IMG/VR virus record: IMGVR_UViG_3300007963_000006
Span: 4,526 to 68,525 of that record
Source: a virus
DNA: 64,000 bases
Direction: 5' to 3' (one strand)
Shown here: piece after piece, positions 28,723 through 41,100 of the stretch
Layout: every line of letters starts with the position of its first letter
Numbering within the stretch: the first letter of the stretch is position 1
Notes under the pieces: model-generated
Told to the model about the DNA's origin: nothing
Database searches by the model: none
The model's input: only the letters and a program-made list of their open reading frames with translations
Made by a program: the position numbers and the translations under genes

Positions 28723-29991
28723 ATGAATGTGTGGGGACATAGGAAAGCGTCTGACGCCGCTTGGAACGTGATGAAATCATTCATGTATCAAGGCAAGCAG
28801 GGTGACTTAGAGGACATTATGCCCCTCTTACAAGGCACCATGGATCGTTACGATACATGGAGCGGTAGCCCCCTAACTGGTAATGCAAAAACGAAATTGA
28901 AGCCAGTCTATCGTGTGCCTTCAAGTGCCGGTGCAAAGAAGCCAATGAAGCAAATGGAATTGGCAGGAATGCCCGGTGCAAAATTCAGTAGCCAACAGGA
29001 AGCATTGTTGAATCGCATACCCGGATTCACCCGACCTGAAAAGGGCGGCATTCCAACATTCATTAACTGGTGGGGCGGTAAATCGGGCCTCAAGAATGTG
29101 TTCCGGCAGATGTATAAGCCGTTCCAAGATACCCACAAGCCCGCAGAAATGTTCGGCGGCAGTGGTTCAATGCTCACTGGTTTGAATGCCGGAAAGGGCA
29201 TTTACAATGAAATGAATCCTGATTTGACCAACGCCATGCGTATGGCTCAATTGGGCCTCCAAGTGCCTGATTTCGGACCCAACACGAAGGAAGTATTGGC
29301 TGACATTACACAACGACTCAACGCCCTGCGATACAAGCGCGACATCGAGCAGGAGGAAATGACGCCGGAGGAAAATGAATTGATGGCTCAATTATTCATT
29401 TCGGCCAATAGCAGGGCATTTCAGGGGAACATGGGATACAAACAGAATGATGAATGGCACACTGGCGCAGGGCGTATGAAGCCCGGTTTGAGGACTGTTC
29501 GACCGGATCGCGGTTCACCCGCTATTCCATTCGATTTGCGCCCGTGGGCTGATCGAATGAAAAATTGGGAAGTCCATGAAGGAAAGATGCAAGATTTGGC
29601 AGAATTGCTCGGTCCTGAAGTATTCATGTATCTTGACCCACCTTATTGGGGTCGGACATTCGACTATACAGATAACCCCAATGAAGCAGGTCGTGTGTTA
29701 GATGACCTACAACGTGAAACAATTGATATTGGGGCCGAGCATGAAGGCCCAGTCGCATATTCAAACTATCTTCTCGATCCAGATACGAGAGAACCATACC
29801 ATGAAGCAATTGAATATCTGTTGAATCAGGGTTACGACATTACGCCGTGGGCGCGAAATATCAAAACAGGAAAAACAGGCGGAAAGAATGTAGTGGAAAT
29901 GTTGGCTACTCGCAATATGCCTGAATGGGAAGGGATGAAAGAAAAACTTCCAAAGGTCAGCGCAGCACAACAAAGCCTCTTGGAATTCTAA
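28723..29991 (+). CDS. Dam-like (D12 class, alpha) DNA adenine methyltransferase
   Basis: NWWGGK, EMFGGSGS, YNEMNPDL, YLDPPY. Confidence 0.88.
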   Translation: MNVWGHRKASDAAWNVMKSFMYQGKQGDLEDIMPLLQGTMDRYDTWSGSPLTGNAKTKLKPVYRVPSSAGAKKPMKQMELAGMPGAKFSSQQEALLNRIPGFTRPEKGGIPTFINWWGGKSGLKNVFRQMYKPFQDTHKPAEMFGGSGSMLTGLNAGKGIYNEMNPDLTNAMRMAQLGLQVPDFGPNTKEVLADITQRLNALRYKRDIEQEEMTPEENELMAQLFISANSRAFQGNMGYKQNDEWHTGAGRMKPGLRTVRPDRGSPAIPFDLRPWADRMKNWEVHEGKMQDLAELLGPEVFMYLDPPYWGRTFDYTDNPNEAGRVLDDLQRETIDIGAEHEGPVAYSNYLLDPDTREPYHEAIEYLLNQGYDITPWARNIKTGKTGGKNVVEMLATRNMPEWEGMKEKLPKVSAAQQSLLEF

Positions 29992-30191
29992 CGTGAGAGA
30001 ACCCATTCAATCTGTTTGCTTTGACTGATTCGCTCATTTTCTGCGAATTCATCGGGGAATTCCAATTCAACATCCCCCAATCCTACCATCGAGCGTTCAA
30101 CACCAAAGAGGAAGAAGCGAAATAAACCATAGAATACGACAGCATCTAATCCCACAATAGCCGCAAAATAGAGTATTGTGAGGAAATCCAT
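29988..30191 (-). CDS. Small membrane protein
   Basis: MDFLTILYFAAIVGLDAVVFYGLFRFFLF; TAATG overlap. Confidence 0.6.
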   Translation of the reverse strand: MDFLTILYFAAIVGLDAVVFYGLFRFFLFGVERSMVGLGDVELEFPDEFAENERISQSKQIEWVLSR

Positions 30192-30466
30192 TATCGATCC
30201 CTCGTTGGTCTTTTGCCGCCCGCACCCAATTGCCGCCTCATCTTTGGCCTTGCACCTGAACCGCTGCCACGAACCTTGCCTCGTTTGTAGCGATTGGCTG
30301 TGCGCTTTGATTTGTTCTTGCGGGATTTGCCCCATACCCTACGTTTAGCCTGTCGTTCAGCACGACCGCCGATGTTGTCTTTGGAATAGCCCTGAAATTT
30401 GCCCTTCACAACGGACCATCCAACATTGAAGGCACGACCTTCAACTTCGGACGCGCCTTTCGCCAT
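30191..30466 (-). CDS. Small Arg/Lys-rich basic protein
   Basis: GGTGA SD; very basic composition. Confidence 0.65.
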   Translation of the reverse strand: MAKGASEVEGRAFNVGWSVVKGKFQGYSKDNIGGRAERQAKRRVWGKSRKNKSKRTANRYKRGKVRGSGSGARPKMRRQLGAGGKRPTRDR

Positions 30467-30618
30467 AAGTCACCACAGGTGGGGCATTCCCATAAATGTA
30501 TTCTTTCACGACTACCTGCATAGAAGCCATTGATGCGTAATGCGAGAATGTCATCGCCGCATCCGGGGCAATTTTGAGCCACCCGATCTTTGTATGAGAA
30601 CATGGGTAACTTCTTCAC
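30406..30618 (-). CDS. Zn-ribbon protein
   Basis: CPGC...WECPTC. Confidence 0.65.
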   Translation of the reverse strand: MKKLPMFSYKDRVAQNCPGCGDDILALRINGFYAGSRERIHLWECPTCGDLWRKARPKLKVVPSMLDGPL

Positions 30619-30619
30619 A

Positions 30620-31765
30620 TCAATACCCCGCGTGCGTGTAAGATACATGGATAGTGCCCGGACCCAGTGGGGGTGCAATAACAGCAGCAAGATTGAGGAA
30701 AGTCAATGTTTTACCGGACAATGTGTAGTGTGGCCCTTGTGCTATGGTTTGAGTCGTTTGTGTTGCACCATCCACCCAAAGGCAATTGATGAGATGGATA
30801 TTTGGGTCCACTTCAGCCGGAAGTGGGGTGAATTGTAAGGTAACAGAACCCGGTCCACTGTAACTGACCACTTCTTTGGATTGCCTATGAACTGGTGTTA
30901 ATTGATAGGAACCGCCCGACATAGCCCCAAAGCCAATATCTGCCTGATAGAACAAATGTGTTTGCCCGTTCCCGTGAATGTGGGTGGGTGTGCCCAGTGT
31001 TTCGTGTCCTAATGGATCACGCGCATACAATGTCCCCAAACCTGCTTGCGGTAATGCGCCGCCTGTCATAGTGGGTGATGTTCCATAATCATTGATTGGG
31101 TTTGTAGCCGCGCCATCTGACTTGATCATCTTCGTTAGAGGATATGGACCGCCACGAATGAATACCCGCTTATCCTCAATAGAAGCAATCACGACTGGGG
31201 AAGCATAGGTGACACGCACGGCTGCAAGCACCACTGACTGCTTGATGAGATGGGATGACGGCATTTGTGGATACACACCTGTGCTTGTATCAACCACTGT
31301 TCCACAGACAAGGCCCACGTTGTTGGTGCCCGTCAATTCAGGATCGGCAATCACCAACACCCAACATTCATGGTTAGCACTGGCAGGAAGCACCATTCCA
31401 CCTGCGTTGAAGCGAGCATTGTAGTAGCCGGATGTGTTGATGTTGAACGCTGAACCTGAACCCACTGTGTAAAATGCACCATCAAGGCATACGACCCCTG
31501 CGTCCACGAACATGGAATTGGTGCCTGTGCCCGGATTCGGACGCACACAGCAATTTGTTAGAATTGGATTATTGCGGTCTGAACCGCCACTGTCGGCTGA
31601 ATAATTGGTGAGGGTGATTGGAACGACCCCGTTCCCTATGCCCCTCTCCACGAAATTGGAGAGGGTGGCCGAGGAAAGCACGTCTGTGTCCCGTAGCCCG
31701 TCAGATTGCCATGTGGCCCCTGTGCCGGTCTTTTCGTGTCCTTCTGTAATGCCTTTTGTGCCCAT
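30620..31765 (-). CDS. Putative virion tail/fibre protein
   Basis: G/T/S-rich, beta-type sequence; lies at the end of the tail module. Confidence 0.6.
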   Translation of the reverse strand: MGTKGITEGHEKTGTGATWQSDGLRDTDVLSSATLSNFVERGIGNGVVPITLTNYSADSGGSDRNNPILTNCCVRPNPGTGTNSMFVDAGVVCLDGAFYTVGSGSAFNINTSGYYNARFNAGGMVLPASANHECWVLVIADPELTGTNNVGLVCGTVVDTSTGVYPQMPSSHLIKQSVVLAAVRVTYASPVVIASIEDKRVFIRGGPYPLTKMIKSDGAATNPINDYGTSPTMTGGALPQAGLGTLYARDPLGHETLGTPTHIHGNGQTHLFYQADIGFGAMSGGSYQLTPVHRQSKEVVSYSGPGSVTLQFTPLPAEVDPNIHLINCLWVDGATQTTQTIAQGPHYTLSGKTLTFLNLAAVIAPPLGPGTIHVSYTHAGY

Positions 31766-32106
31766 CAGCGAACCTCCATAATCACATCGACTCGTATTTC
31801 GTTTGTAGCATTTTTGCTAATCGGCATGAAGGACGTGCGGAATGCGGGGTTATCAAGCGGTGTCGCGCCATGCACGGCCACTTCTTTGATGTCGCTTGCA
31901 GTGATGAGAGAAGTGTCGAAAATGCCGGTGATTGATACGGTCCTGTCATCGATCCGTTGCACGGTGGGGGTAATGGTGTGAGCCACGTTCCCTGCCCCAC
32001 CATCACGACTGGATGCAGCCCCTCCTGCGGTTCCTATACTCATCTTCGTCACCAGTGTTTCCAAGTGAGCCGCTAATTTCGCTTTGATTCCGTCTAACAC
32101 TGGCAT
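31765..32106 (-). CDS. Putative tail-tip/baseplate protein
   Basis: IKEVAVHG...FMPISK..EIRVD pattern typical of small tail-fibre attachment proteins. Confidence 0.55.
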   Translation of the reverse strand: MPVLDGIKAKLAAHLETLVTKMSIGTAGGAASSRDGGAGNVAHTITPTVQRIDDRTVSITGIFDTSLITASDIKEVAVHGATPLDNPAFRTSFMPISKNATNEIRVDVIMEVR

Positions 32107-35100
32107 TATCGCACCTCATAGAATACTGATTTTGAATGACCAATTGGCGGTGCCCTCGCAGATGCCACCATTAACTCGGCGTTATCTGCTACTGCGACTG
32201 CGTTATTGGCCTTTAGGGTTATGGCCGTTGATGTGACGCTATTTACATACCCAACAAGAAGTGGCGTATGCGCCGTTGGTTCACGGACATATACCGCATC
32301 ATGTTGTTTGAATCGAAGTGTGGCGTCCACAGTATCAACGGCAACGGTTGTAGTGCTTGAAGCACCAATGGCACCATCCTTGAGAACGCCAGTCAGCCCA
32401 CCTTGCACACCAATGCAACCCAAACGACTGGTGGTTGGGGAACCACGATGCCGTCCACCGATGAGGAATCGGGTTCCATTGACCATTCGTGTGGATATAC
32501 GGCTCACTGCCTTGATTCTGATTGGTGCTGTCAGGGCCATTTCAATGCGCTCACTGATTCTCCCTGCATCATCATTGGTTGTGCCGCTGCCGGACGCCAT
32601 TTGAAGATCCGCCAACAGTCCTTCAATCCCCTTCTCATATTGCCCCATCACAAGATTTGTTGTCCCATTCATGTAATCGTGGAATGCCTCAAACACCGCG
32701 AATTGGCCTCTAATGCCTTCCATGACGAAATCGACTGAAAGGATTTCACCGGGTTGAATGTCATTGGCTTGGAGCAGACCCTCCACACGGATAATTGCAG
32801 CACCTTGTTCTGTGCGATTCAATTTACTCTTCGCCAATCTAAGTGCAAGGTTTGGATCGCGCAATCCGGGGATTATTTCAGTGACACTGCGAATAACGCT
32901 GTCATCAGTGCCTCCACCCATTTGCTTCATCTTTTCCAAATCCTTGATTACACCACGAATCTTCTCATTCATGGCGATTTCATCACCCTCCACGATTGCC
33001 TGATTCGCCATTTCCAACATAGCACTGACTTCGATCAATTGAGGGCCGCTACTGGAACCAATGCGTCTATCACGACCGATGAACACTTCAGGGGAATAGA
33101 GCAACAGGCCGCTATCATCCATCACCATTTGGTAGCCGTCCGTTTGTGACAAATTACGCAGTATATCCAAAACGCCAATTCCGCGTATGGACCGACTAAC
33201 GAAAACACCGCTATGCAGCATGGCGGAACGGAGCGATGGGTGGGCTGACACAAAGGCTGAAAGTGCCGTAGTGTCACTTGAGCCTCTTGCGGGCGTTCCT
33301 GTGACCAATGCCTTGTATGGGCCGTCATCCTGCTTCTTTTGCTCATTGAGTGCCCTCTCACGGATTAGATCGATACCCGGCAATTTGGTTTGTAAATCAT
33401 TCATCACCATAAGGGCCACATCGCTTGTGCGTGCCCCAACAGACATCCAATGAGTCAATCTGACTAAATTACCGTCAGCAATACTCATACCTGCACCGCT
33501 CAAAGAGCCGCCAGTCAAATTGCGGAATTGTAACTCATAGTCGTATGAATCACCATTCCCTACATCAATTCGGGCACCTGCAACACGCCATCTCATGTGG
33601 GCACCATCAAGAAGATAGGGTGGGCAATTGCTTGCAGACAGCAATTTCCCATCAACGTATATGTCTGATAAACCACCTGTTCCGGGGTATTTTGGATAAG
33701 TGAGGACACCCGATGTTTGCCCGTCTGTAAGCAGGAATTCCTGTGGTGTCAGCATGAAGAAGTCACTTGGATTGTAATGCCCCAATCCACGATAGGAGAT
33801 ATTGGGGGAATACTGCGTGGTGTCATCGCTACTGGTCGCATCCCATTTGTCAGTGAGAGAGAGAGCGAGGCTCACGGCGTTATCCACCAATGAAGGGAGG
33901 ATAACCAATGAATGGGTGGTTGGGTATAGATCGGTAATCTTGGAGGCCACAGATGCGCTCGCATTCTTCCCAAATCGGACTGTATATCCGGCCAAGTCAC
34001 TGATACTGCTACACTGCCCGGTTGATGCACTAATTGTCAATTTATTCTCCGTGCGCCCGCTATACGTCAATTGCCCCGTGAGGCCAATAATAACCAATGT
34101 TCCACTTGCAGGGAAGCCTGTTGCATCATTAACCGTGATGGTTGCGCCGCTATCCAATTTAATTTCTGCTCTTGGACCCAGTGTAGTCATAGCATATTTC
34201 GGCTGTTTTGCTACTGCCACCCCGTCCCTTTCACGTCGAGGGTAAGGGTCAATGACTACGGTTCCATCCACAGCATATCGGGTTTCTGTTTGTGATGCGA
34301 CTTCACCACCACCGGGATGTGTGCTTTGTGAATATCGAGCGTCAATCAATGGATACAATTTCCCATCTCGATCACGTCTTGAAGCGTCCGATTTGAAATG
34401 TTGTAGCATATTTGCACTGGGTATCAAGTGCCATGTTACATCTCGATTGTTTGCATCCGGCCACTCTATCATTGGTGCTGAATCATGGGGGGATGTGATA
34501 GGGAGGGTATTTCCGGGCGTTTTGCTACTATTCAATTCAAACATTCCATATCGCTTGTCGCGTGTGAATACCTGATGCTTACAATTGGCCTGTGTAAGTG
34601 TGCTGAATGCACCCAATAGCCACCCATCTTGATTGAGGACTGTCGATCCGTCTGCATCCATGAGGGTGCTGTATCCGAATACCTTGAGAGGACGCACCAT
34701 ACGGACGATGTAATCAGCCGTCTTACGGACAGGTTGGGCCACCTGTGGTTTGGCTGAAGCGTGGGCTGAAATATCCGTGCGCCGAATATCGTTGTTTTCA
34801 CCCCGTTCAAGCCATGTTTTGCGGAGGATGAATACGCCGCCCCATGCGGGCAAATCACCACTGCCTCTCACTGCCCAGTGGTCTTGAACACCTGTCCCAT
34901 CGAACTCTTTCGTGCTATCTGAAAGGGCCACAGCCCCCAAATTCTCATTCCGATTCAAACAGAATTGAGGCTTGGATAAACGGTGATTTGGTGCCGCCGC
35001 ACCGCCATAAGGCAGGTCAGGATTGGCTGCAACAGTAGTGATAGAGCCTATGGAACCACCATATTTCGTCCATTTAGTCTGCTGAACCCATGATGGCGTT

Positions 35101-38100
35101 ACTGGGAATTGCTGTCCCACCGCCAAGTCGCTGTGGAGGGACACGGCTTTCGTGCTTGTAACGGCATAGTCGGTTCGCTTCGCGTTATTGCGTTCCGTGT
35201 TGGTTTCAGCCACTAATCCGAGTCGGGGTGACAGGTCCGATTGCACCTGCCGGTGATCAGCAATCTCCGATAGAGGAATGGGCATGGTTCCGCGTTCTCC
35301 TGATGGCGGAGAGGCTTTCAATTTCATATTGAGGGATTGACCCCATCCATGAGCGGGGAAGTGCTTTTGATCGGCTGAATTGACCCTGTAATCAATTGGG
35401 TGTGCATTGATATGCAGGTTGTTTCCTTTGTGATGATGGAACCCACCACCAGTGAATGCACTTGATTGTGTTACGGCCTCCACAGAATTTGCGGCCAATG
35501 TAGCCTCTCCACTGTGATGATTGAGGCCAATGATGGGGTCTGACCCAGTATTGACCGTTTTAGCGTGCAGGAACTTAGACGTATCATCGCTAATGTCTGT
35601 GAAATCAATTCCGTGCGAATCCATCACACCTGCGGGCATAGCCGAAGGCTTCACCATTCCAAGATCGTGATGATTCAACACACGACCCATGCCCACCTTC
35701 TTCTCTCCTTCTTCCCACGGACTATTGGATAGGCGATTGAAGCCCTCACAGCCGCAACCCTCACTGCTATGTTCGCTCAACACTACACCAATTGGAACTG
35801 CTCTTTCAGCCCCCGTATAGGTGGTCGGCCACCGCCAATCTGCGCCATCACTGACAGTCGGTAATTTCTGCATGGTGTCATGCAACCCACCGTCGAATCT
35901 CGCAGAACGCTGAATCTTTTGTTGGGTGCCAAGAATTTCTGTTGGATCGCCCGACAGCATATTCAATGCGTCACTTCCACTACGGAATCCCCATGCCCGA
36001 ACAGGCAATCGTCGGCTGACATCAATAGCCACCACTGGATTCTCAACAGTCGTCACTTCGGACCAAATGTATGAATTCACAGCATCTTTGTCGAGAACGC
36101 GCCGTGATACGGACTTCGCAGGATGCAGTGCATCCCCAATGCCTTCACCCCTGCTGTATCGGGCCTTTGCACCCGCAGCCACGAAATGTTGCCGCAATTC
36201 AATGGTCCCTTGTGGTTCCCGAAGCCCGCTATGACCCATCAATACTGCACTGGTCGCACGTTGGCCCCAATTCGCACCGTGACCACCGGCATTCAACGCA
36301 TTGTAGCCGTAATTCTGCAACCATTGGAATGCGTATATGCGCTCAAATGGTGCCGCTACACGCGGGGTTGCTGCTGTGATAGCACCCACTGAAGCATTAC
36401 GCAATAATAGCCCCCGGACAGCAGGATAAGCAACAGCATTCGGCATTCCCGCCTCTCGATAACGGAACGCCATGAAATGTTCACGGCTTGTGCCGAATAA
36501 GGCAGGGTGACTGTATTCAGCCAACCATGTGCATAAGAATGCGTCCGGTGCTGCACCTGAATTGGTTTCATTTGCCTTCAACAGCCCCAAATCAGTGTGT
36601 GTGGATGATTGGGTGAAATGTCCTGCGGCAGATGGTGATTCGGTAATCGCAATTGGTGTCGCTGAAGCATTCAACATCTCCGGATCGTGACCGAATAGAG
36701 GAGGAACGGTCCCTAATTCCGTTCCGACACGGGGTTGGTGCCAACCTTGCGCCTTCCCAATTAAATTGTAATTGTGAGATGGATTCACCGATACAACCCA
36801 AGAAGGGTGTGGCCTTCCGCCCATCAATTGATATTGATTGAGGAAGAAGCCATTGATTGCGAACTCATCACTGGTGTTGAAGCGATTGACAGCCGTTCTT
36901 GTTTCTGTGGAAATCGCCATTGTGCCTGATTGAACAACAGAACTGTATGGTCCGATTCCGGCCCCTTTGCGGTGAGTATTTGTGACGAATTTTGCTTGTT
37001 CTCTATGCCCTTCAACCAACGTATGCTCTTGGCCGGGACCGAATAGAACGTCATGTGTTCCATGTGTTGTAGCCACACCACTATACATCCGATGATGATT
37101 GGGCAAACCACTGTATCCAATTTCACCAAGTGGGAATCCATCAGCAGAAAACGCCCCAGTATTGAACGCCTCCGATTTGGATTCTAACGCATCCATGTAA
37201 AACAGGGTTGCACTTGATGGGTTGGGTGAACCGCTATACGCAGATTGGAAGCCCCAATGTTTGTTCTCCGTTTCGGATTCAAACATGAGGGAATACGCCG
37301 AGCCGTGCGATCTATGCAATTGTCGGCGTAAGGATATGGGGGTTCCTCTAATGGTGCAAGGACTGATGAAATGGTGGCCCTGTCGCCCGAATCGTATTCT
37401 TTGATGAGGATGTGTATAGGTTGCCAATACCCCATTTTGTGTATCTTTGAGAACTGAACCCCGCTCAACATGATCAGAAAGCCTGTGAGCCGCGAATAGG
37501 CGCGTGCTTCCACTTGGAACAGCACCGGGCGTCGTATTTGGTGTCAAACCAAATTGAGTAGTCATTGTATCGTGCAGAATACGCACTGGATGGAAATGCA
37601 GAACACGGTCATGGGTGTCGAATTGGGTTGCTTCACCGGCTGTGCTGTCATACGGATCGGTGTTGGCTTCAATGACACCCGGTTCATCGGGTCTTGGTGG
37701 TGAAAGACCACCCATTCCCCAAGAGAGATTTTTCCACGCTTGCACACGATCATGCCCGCTACGAACAATGATATTGCCGGGGATTTCGTTTTGAGAGGGT
37801 AATTGAATTTCCAAATTTGGCTCAATTCCGCTTCCGGGCGTTGAAGGACGGGACACTTCGGTTCCAGTAGCAGGATTGAGGCGATTCTGTTTGAATTTGT
37901 AATCCTTAATCACGGTCCCAAATGGAGAACCACCCTGCAATATCAATTCCTGTCCTGTTTCGTCCACTACGGATATGTTGTCCCACACCTGTTCTTCATT
38001 GGGGATAACAAGCCCTTTGACTCGTTCCGTGCTGACTGGACGCACTACACGATATGGTCGAGTTACATATCCCTGCGATCCTCGCGTTTGCACTGTTGAT

Positions 38101-41100
38101 GCTGTAATTGTAGTCGCTTCGCTTTTGAGTCCATTTTTCACAACGGCTTTATTCGACACCAAATTAGAATTGGTAAGATTGCTGATTTGAGCGTGTTGAT
38201 CACTGTATCCATTCTCATACTTTCCAAAGTCGGCATTCATCTTCTGTCCGTTCTCAAGAGTAACCTGCCATTTGTTTGGCTTCTCTCCTTTGTATAGCAT
38301 CTGTCCGTTCTCAAGAGCAACAGCGATATTCCCTGTCAATGTGACTTGAGCGCAAGACCGATAGAAAGCCAAACCAGTGGTAATTTCTTTTGTGAATGCC
38401 GACAATGTTCCGTATGAGTAGTAATTGCTGCCCACTGTTTTGGTGCTATCAACGCCCGTTACTACATGGCCGGAAGCAAGAATCGTCGCATATTTCACAC
38501 CGTTGCTATCCAATATGTGACCGGGATTGCCTTCGGCACTATTGTGATAGGTTGATAGTGACGTGCCACTTCCTGCTGCTTCATTGATATTGACCCCAAT
38601 GTTACTGGTGGCTTTGAATATGACTGGGCGTGCGCCGTTCTCATCGTCAAAATCACTTTGTAGGTAATTGGTGCCGGTTGCTGTGGTGTAATTGATTGGT
38701 TCGTAGTAAATGGCGTCCCCATTGAGGACTGGTTGTTGGGTAGTGCCACTTTGGGGAATAACGATAGAAAAACCTGCACCAACTGTCCCGGGATCAACCA
38801 ATCCGATGAGATTAGGCGCAAGGGTTTCACCCCAAATGATGGCCCCTTCCCGCACGTCTTGTGCGATATTGTCTGCCAGTGTTATTTGCCATTCACTGGT
38901 GGGAATTGTTTTGAATTCTTCTCTATCACCAATCGCATTCGCGATCCCCCCTCGGAGAGCAGACTTGAGAACAATGGTATTTTCATCTTTGATGGATTCT
39001 ATTTCTCCAATGAAATTTCCTGAAGTCGCCCCATATAATCGCCACCCCACTTTCAAGACGTGCTGTGCATCTGCCGATACTGGATCTCCTGCGACACCTT
39101 CCGTCAATGTAATTGTAGTCCCAATCACAGTAATTCCTGCCGTGCCTCCACTGCCACCACTGATAGTGATGCTATCACCATGCGAATATCCCGTTCCGGC
39201 GGCGGCGATGGCGACTGTTTGAATGTTGCCACTTGATTCTGTTATAGCCACTGTTAAACCGGAACCAGTGCCACCTGTTGTGGCTACTGTCCCCGCCGAA
39301 TACCCCGAACCGCCACTCACAAGACCGATAGTGTCTGCGGGGCCACCGGCCACGATGGTGCTACCTGCACCATCAGCATATACGCCCTTTCCTCCTCCTA
39401 AATCCGTTTCAGAAATTTCGCTGATGGTTCCAATATACGGCACTTTGTATAGTGAATCACCGTGTAATGCCGTATGGCCGATATTTTCAACAAATGTAAT
39501 CGTAGTGTTTGCCCCGTCATTATTGATAGATTCAACCACCCCATATTCATTGTTTGATAGATTGTAATAGAGGGTGTCACCCACGCTGATTTTGTGATCG
39601 CTTGGCTCTCCACCACCACTTGGTGATCCACCACCAATAGCGACGTTACAGGCTGCACTAACCCGTATTGTTCTTACACTTGTTGCGTATGAACTTCCAC
39701 CACCACTTGGGTGATTGACAGTAATTCCAGTGTTATGAATGTAAGTCGCACTGCTGCTGTAAGCATGAATTCTTTCACCTTTCGTGAAAAGTAAATTGGG
39801 GTCTGAAGTCATCACCCGAAGTGTTTTTTGGGTGTCAGGATGATCTGTGGCCCCGCCTGAAATCGTGGCGGCTTGACAAACACCACCACCTGCCAACACT
39901 TTAGGCATAATGCGCGAAAAACCCATTGTGCCGATTGATTGATGGTCTGAATTGAATAATTTGACTGGGTATCCACCATAATTGCGAGCCATGATTCCGT
40001 CCCAAGTGAATGTGTTTGCGACAGTATCGCTACCCTCCACTTTGATTACAGATAATGAATTGACTTTGTGATGTGTCAGACTTTCGGTCAAAGAGGATTT
40101 GTTGTATATTTGGGAACCATCAACGTAACTGTAAGGGTGGGCCACTTTGAGTCCTGATTTGCGGTTTTTCGGCCCGAGGACGATAAATCCGGTATCGTGC
40201 CTGTCCTTGATGGTGGAATCGGTAGTGCCTGTGGAGATTTGACCGACAGATACCCCTTCAGCAGTATAGATGTAGTCGCCTTCTTTGAAATGATCAATGA
40301 ATTTTGTTGAAGGTGCCAATGCCTTGAAAGAAGCGGTGGAACCTGCGGCCAGTGTAGCATTCGTGCTGACTAAACAGCCCGATTCATACGGCCCCATCTT
40401 ATCCATTTCAGTGCCGAATTCAGGCTTTTGAATCAATAGGTCATCTTTTTGATGGGCTGTCAGCAAATTGTTCTGTCCGGTCCATTGGAATGGATCGGCT
40501 TCCGTTTCACCCATGATGACAGGGCCGTCAAACGGCATATCAGGAGGCGGCAAATCAGGCATAACACAGGAATTCAAAGCCTCCACTGAAAAGCGGCTAT
40601 ATCCATGTGCCGTCACATGAGAAGCGGGCACAGCACCCCGCGATTCAGCATTGACAGCAGGAAGTCCCAAATTACCTCCATCCATCGGTTTGGCTGTCAA
40701 GTGCCACACTGGGAGATTCGTGCCCAAACCGTGAACGATAGGGCCACCATTGGCTGTGCCCCAATATCCACCACCTGTGGGGGCATCCATTTCCCATGAC
40801 ACCACTACGGTGTGCTGTTCTGCTGTATCATTTTGAATAGTCCATGCTTGATTTGTAGTCACATCATTGATAGCAACGTCGCTTCGTGCAACATCTGTGA
40901 TATTGAAATTGATGAAATCTGTGGCCGTTGCGTGCCCACCTTCCGATTTGATTTCCCACCCATCATACGTTAAAGTAAATCCGCCCAAGTCGTTGCCGCC
41001 AACATCCACACCACCAACGGCATTACCGACGATTGTTCCTCTCTTCGGTATGTCAGTGGGGATTCTCCGTTTCTTTTCGCCACCAACCAATTTGGCTGTG

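Noticed and set aside
12554-29991. Complete restriction-modification systems
   Set aside because: No cognate restriction endonuclease recognised; nearby nucleases fit Cas4 and XPF families
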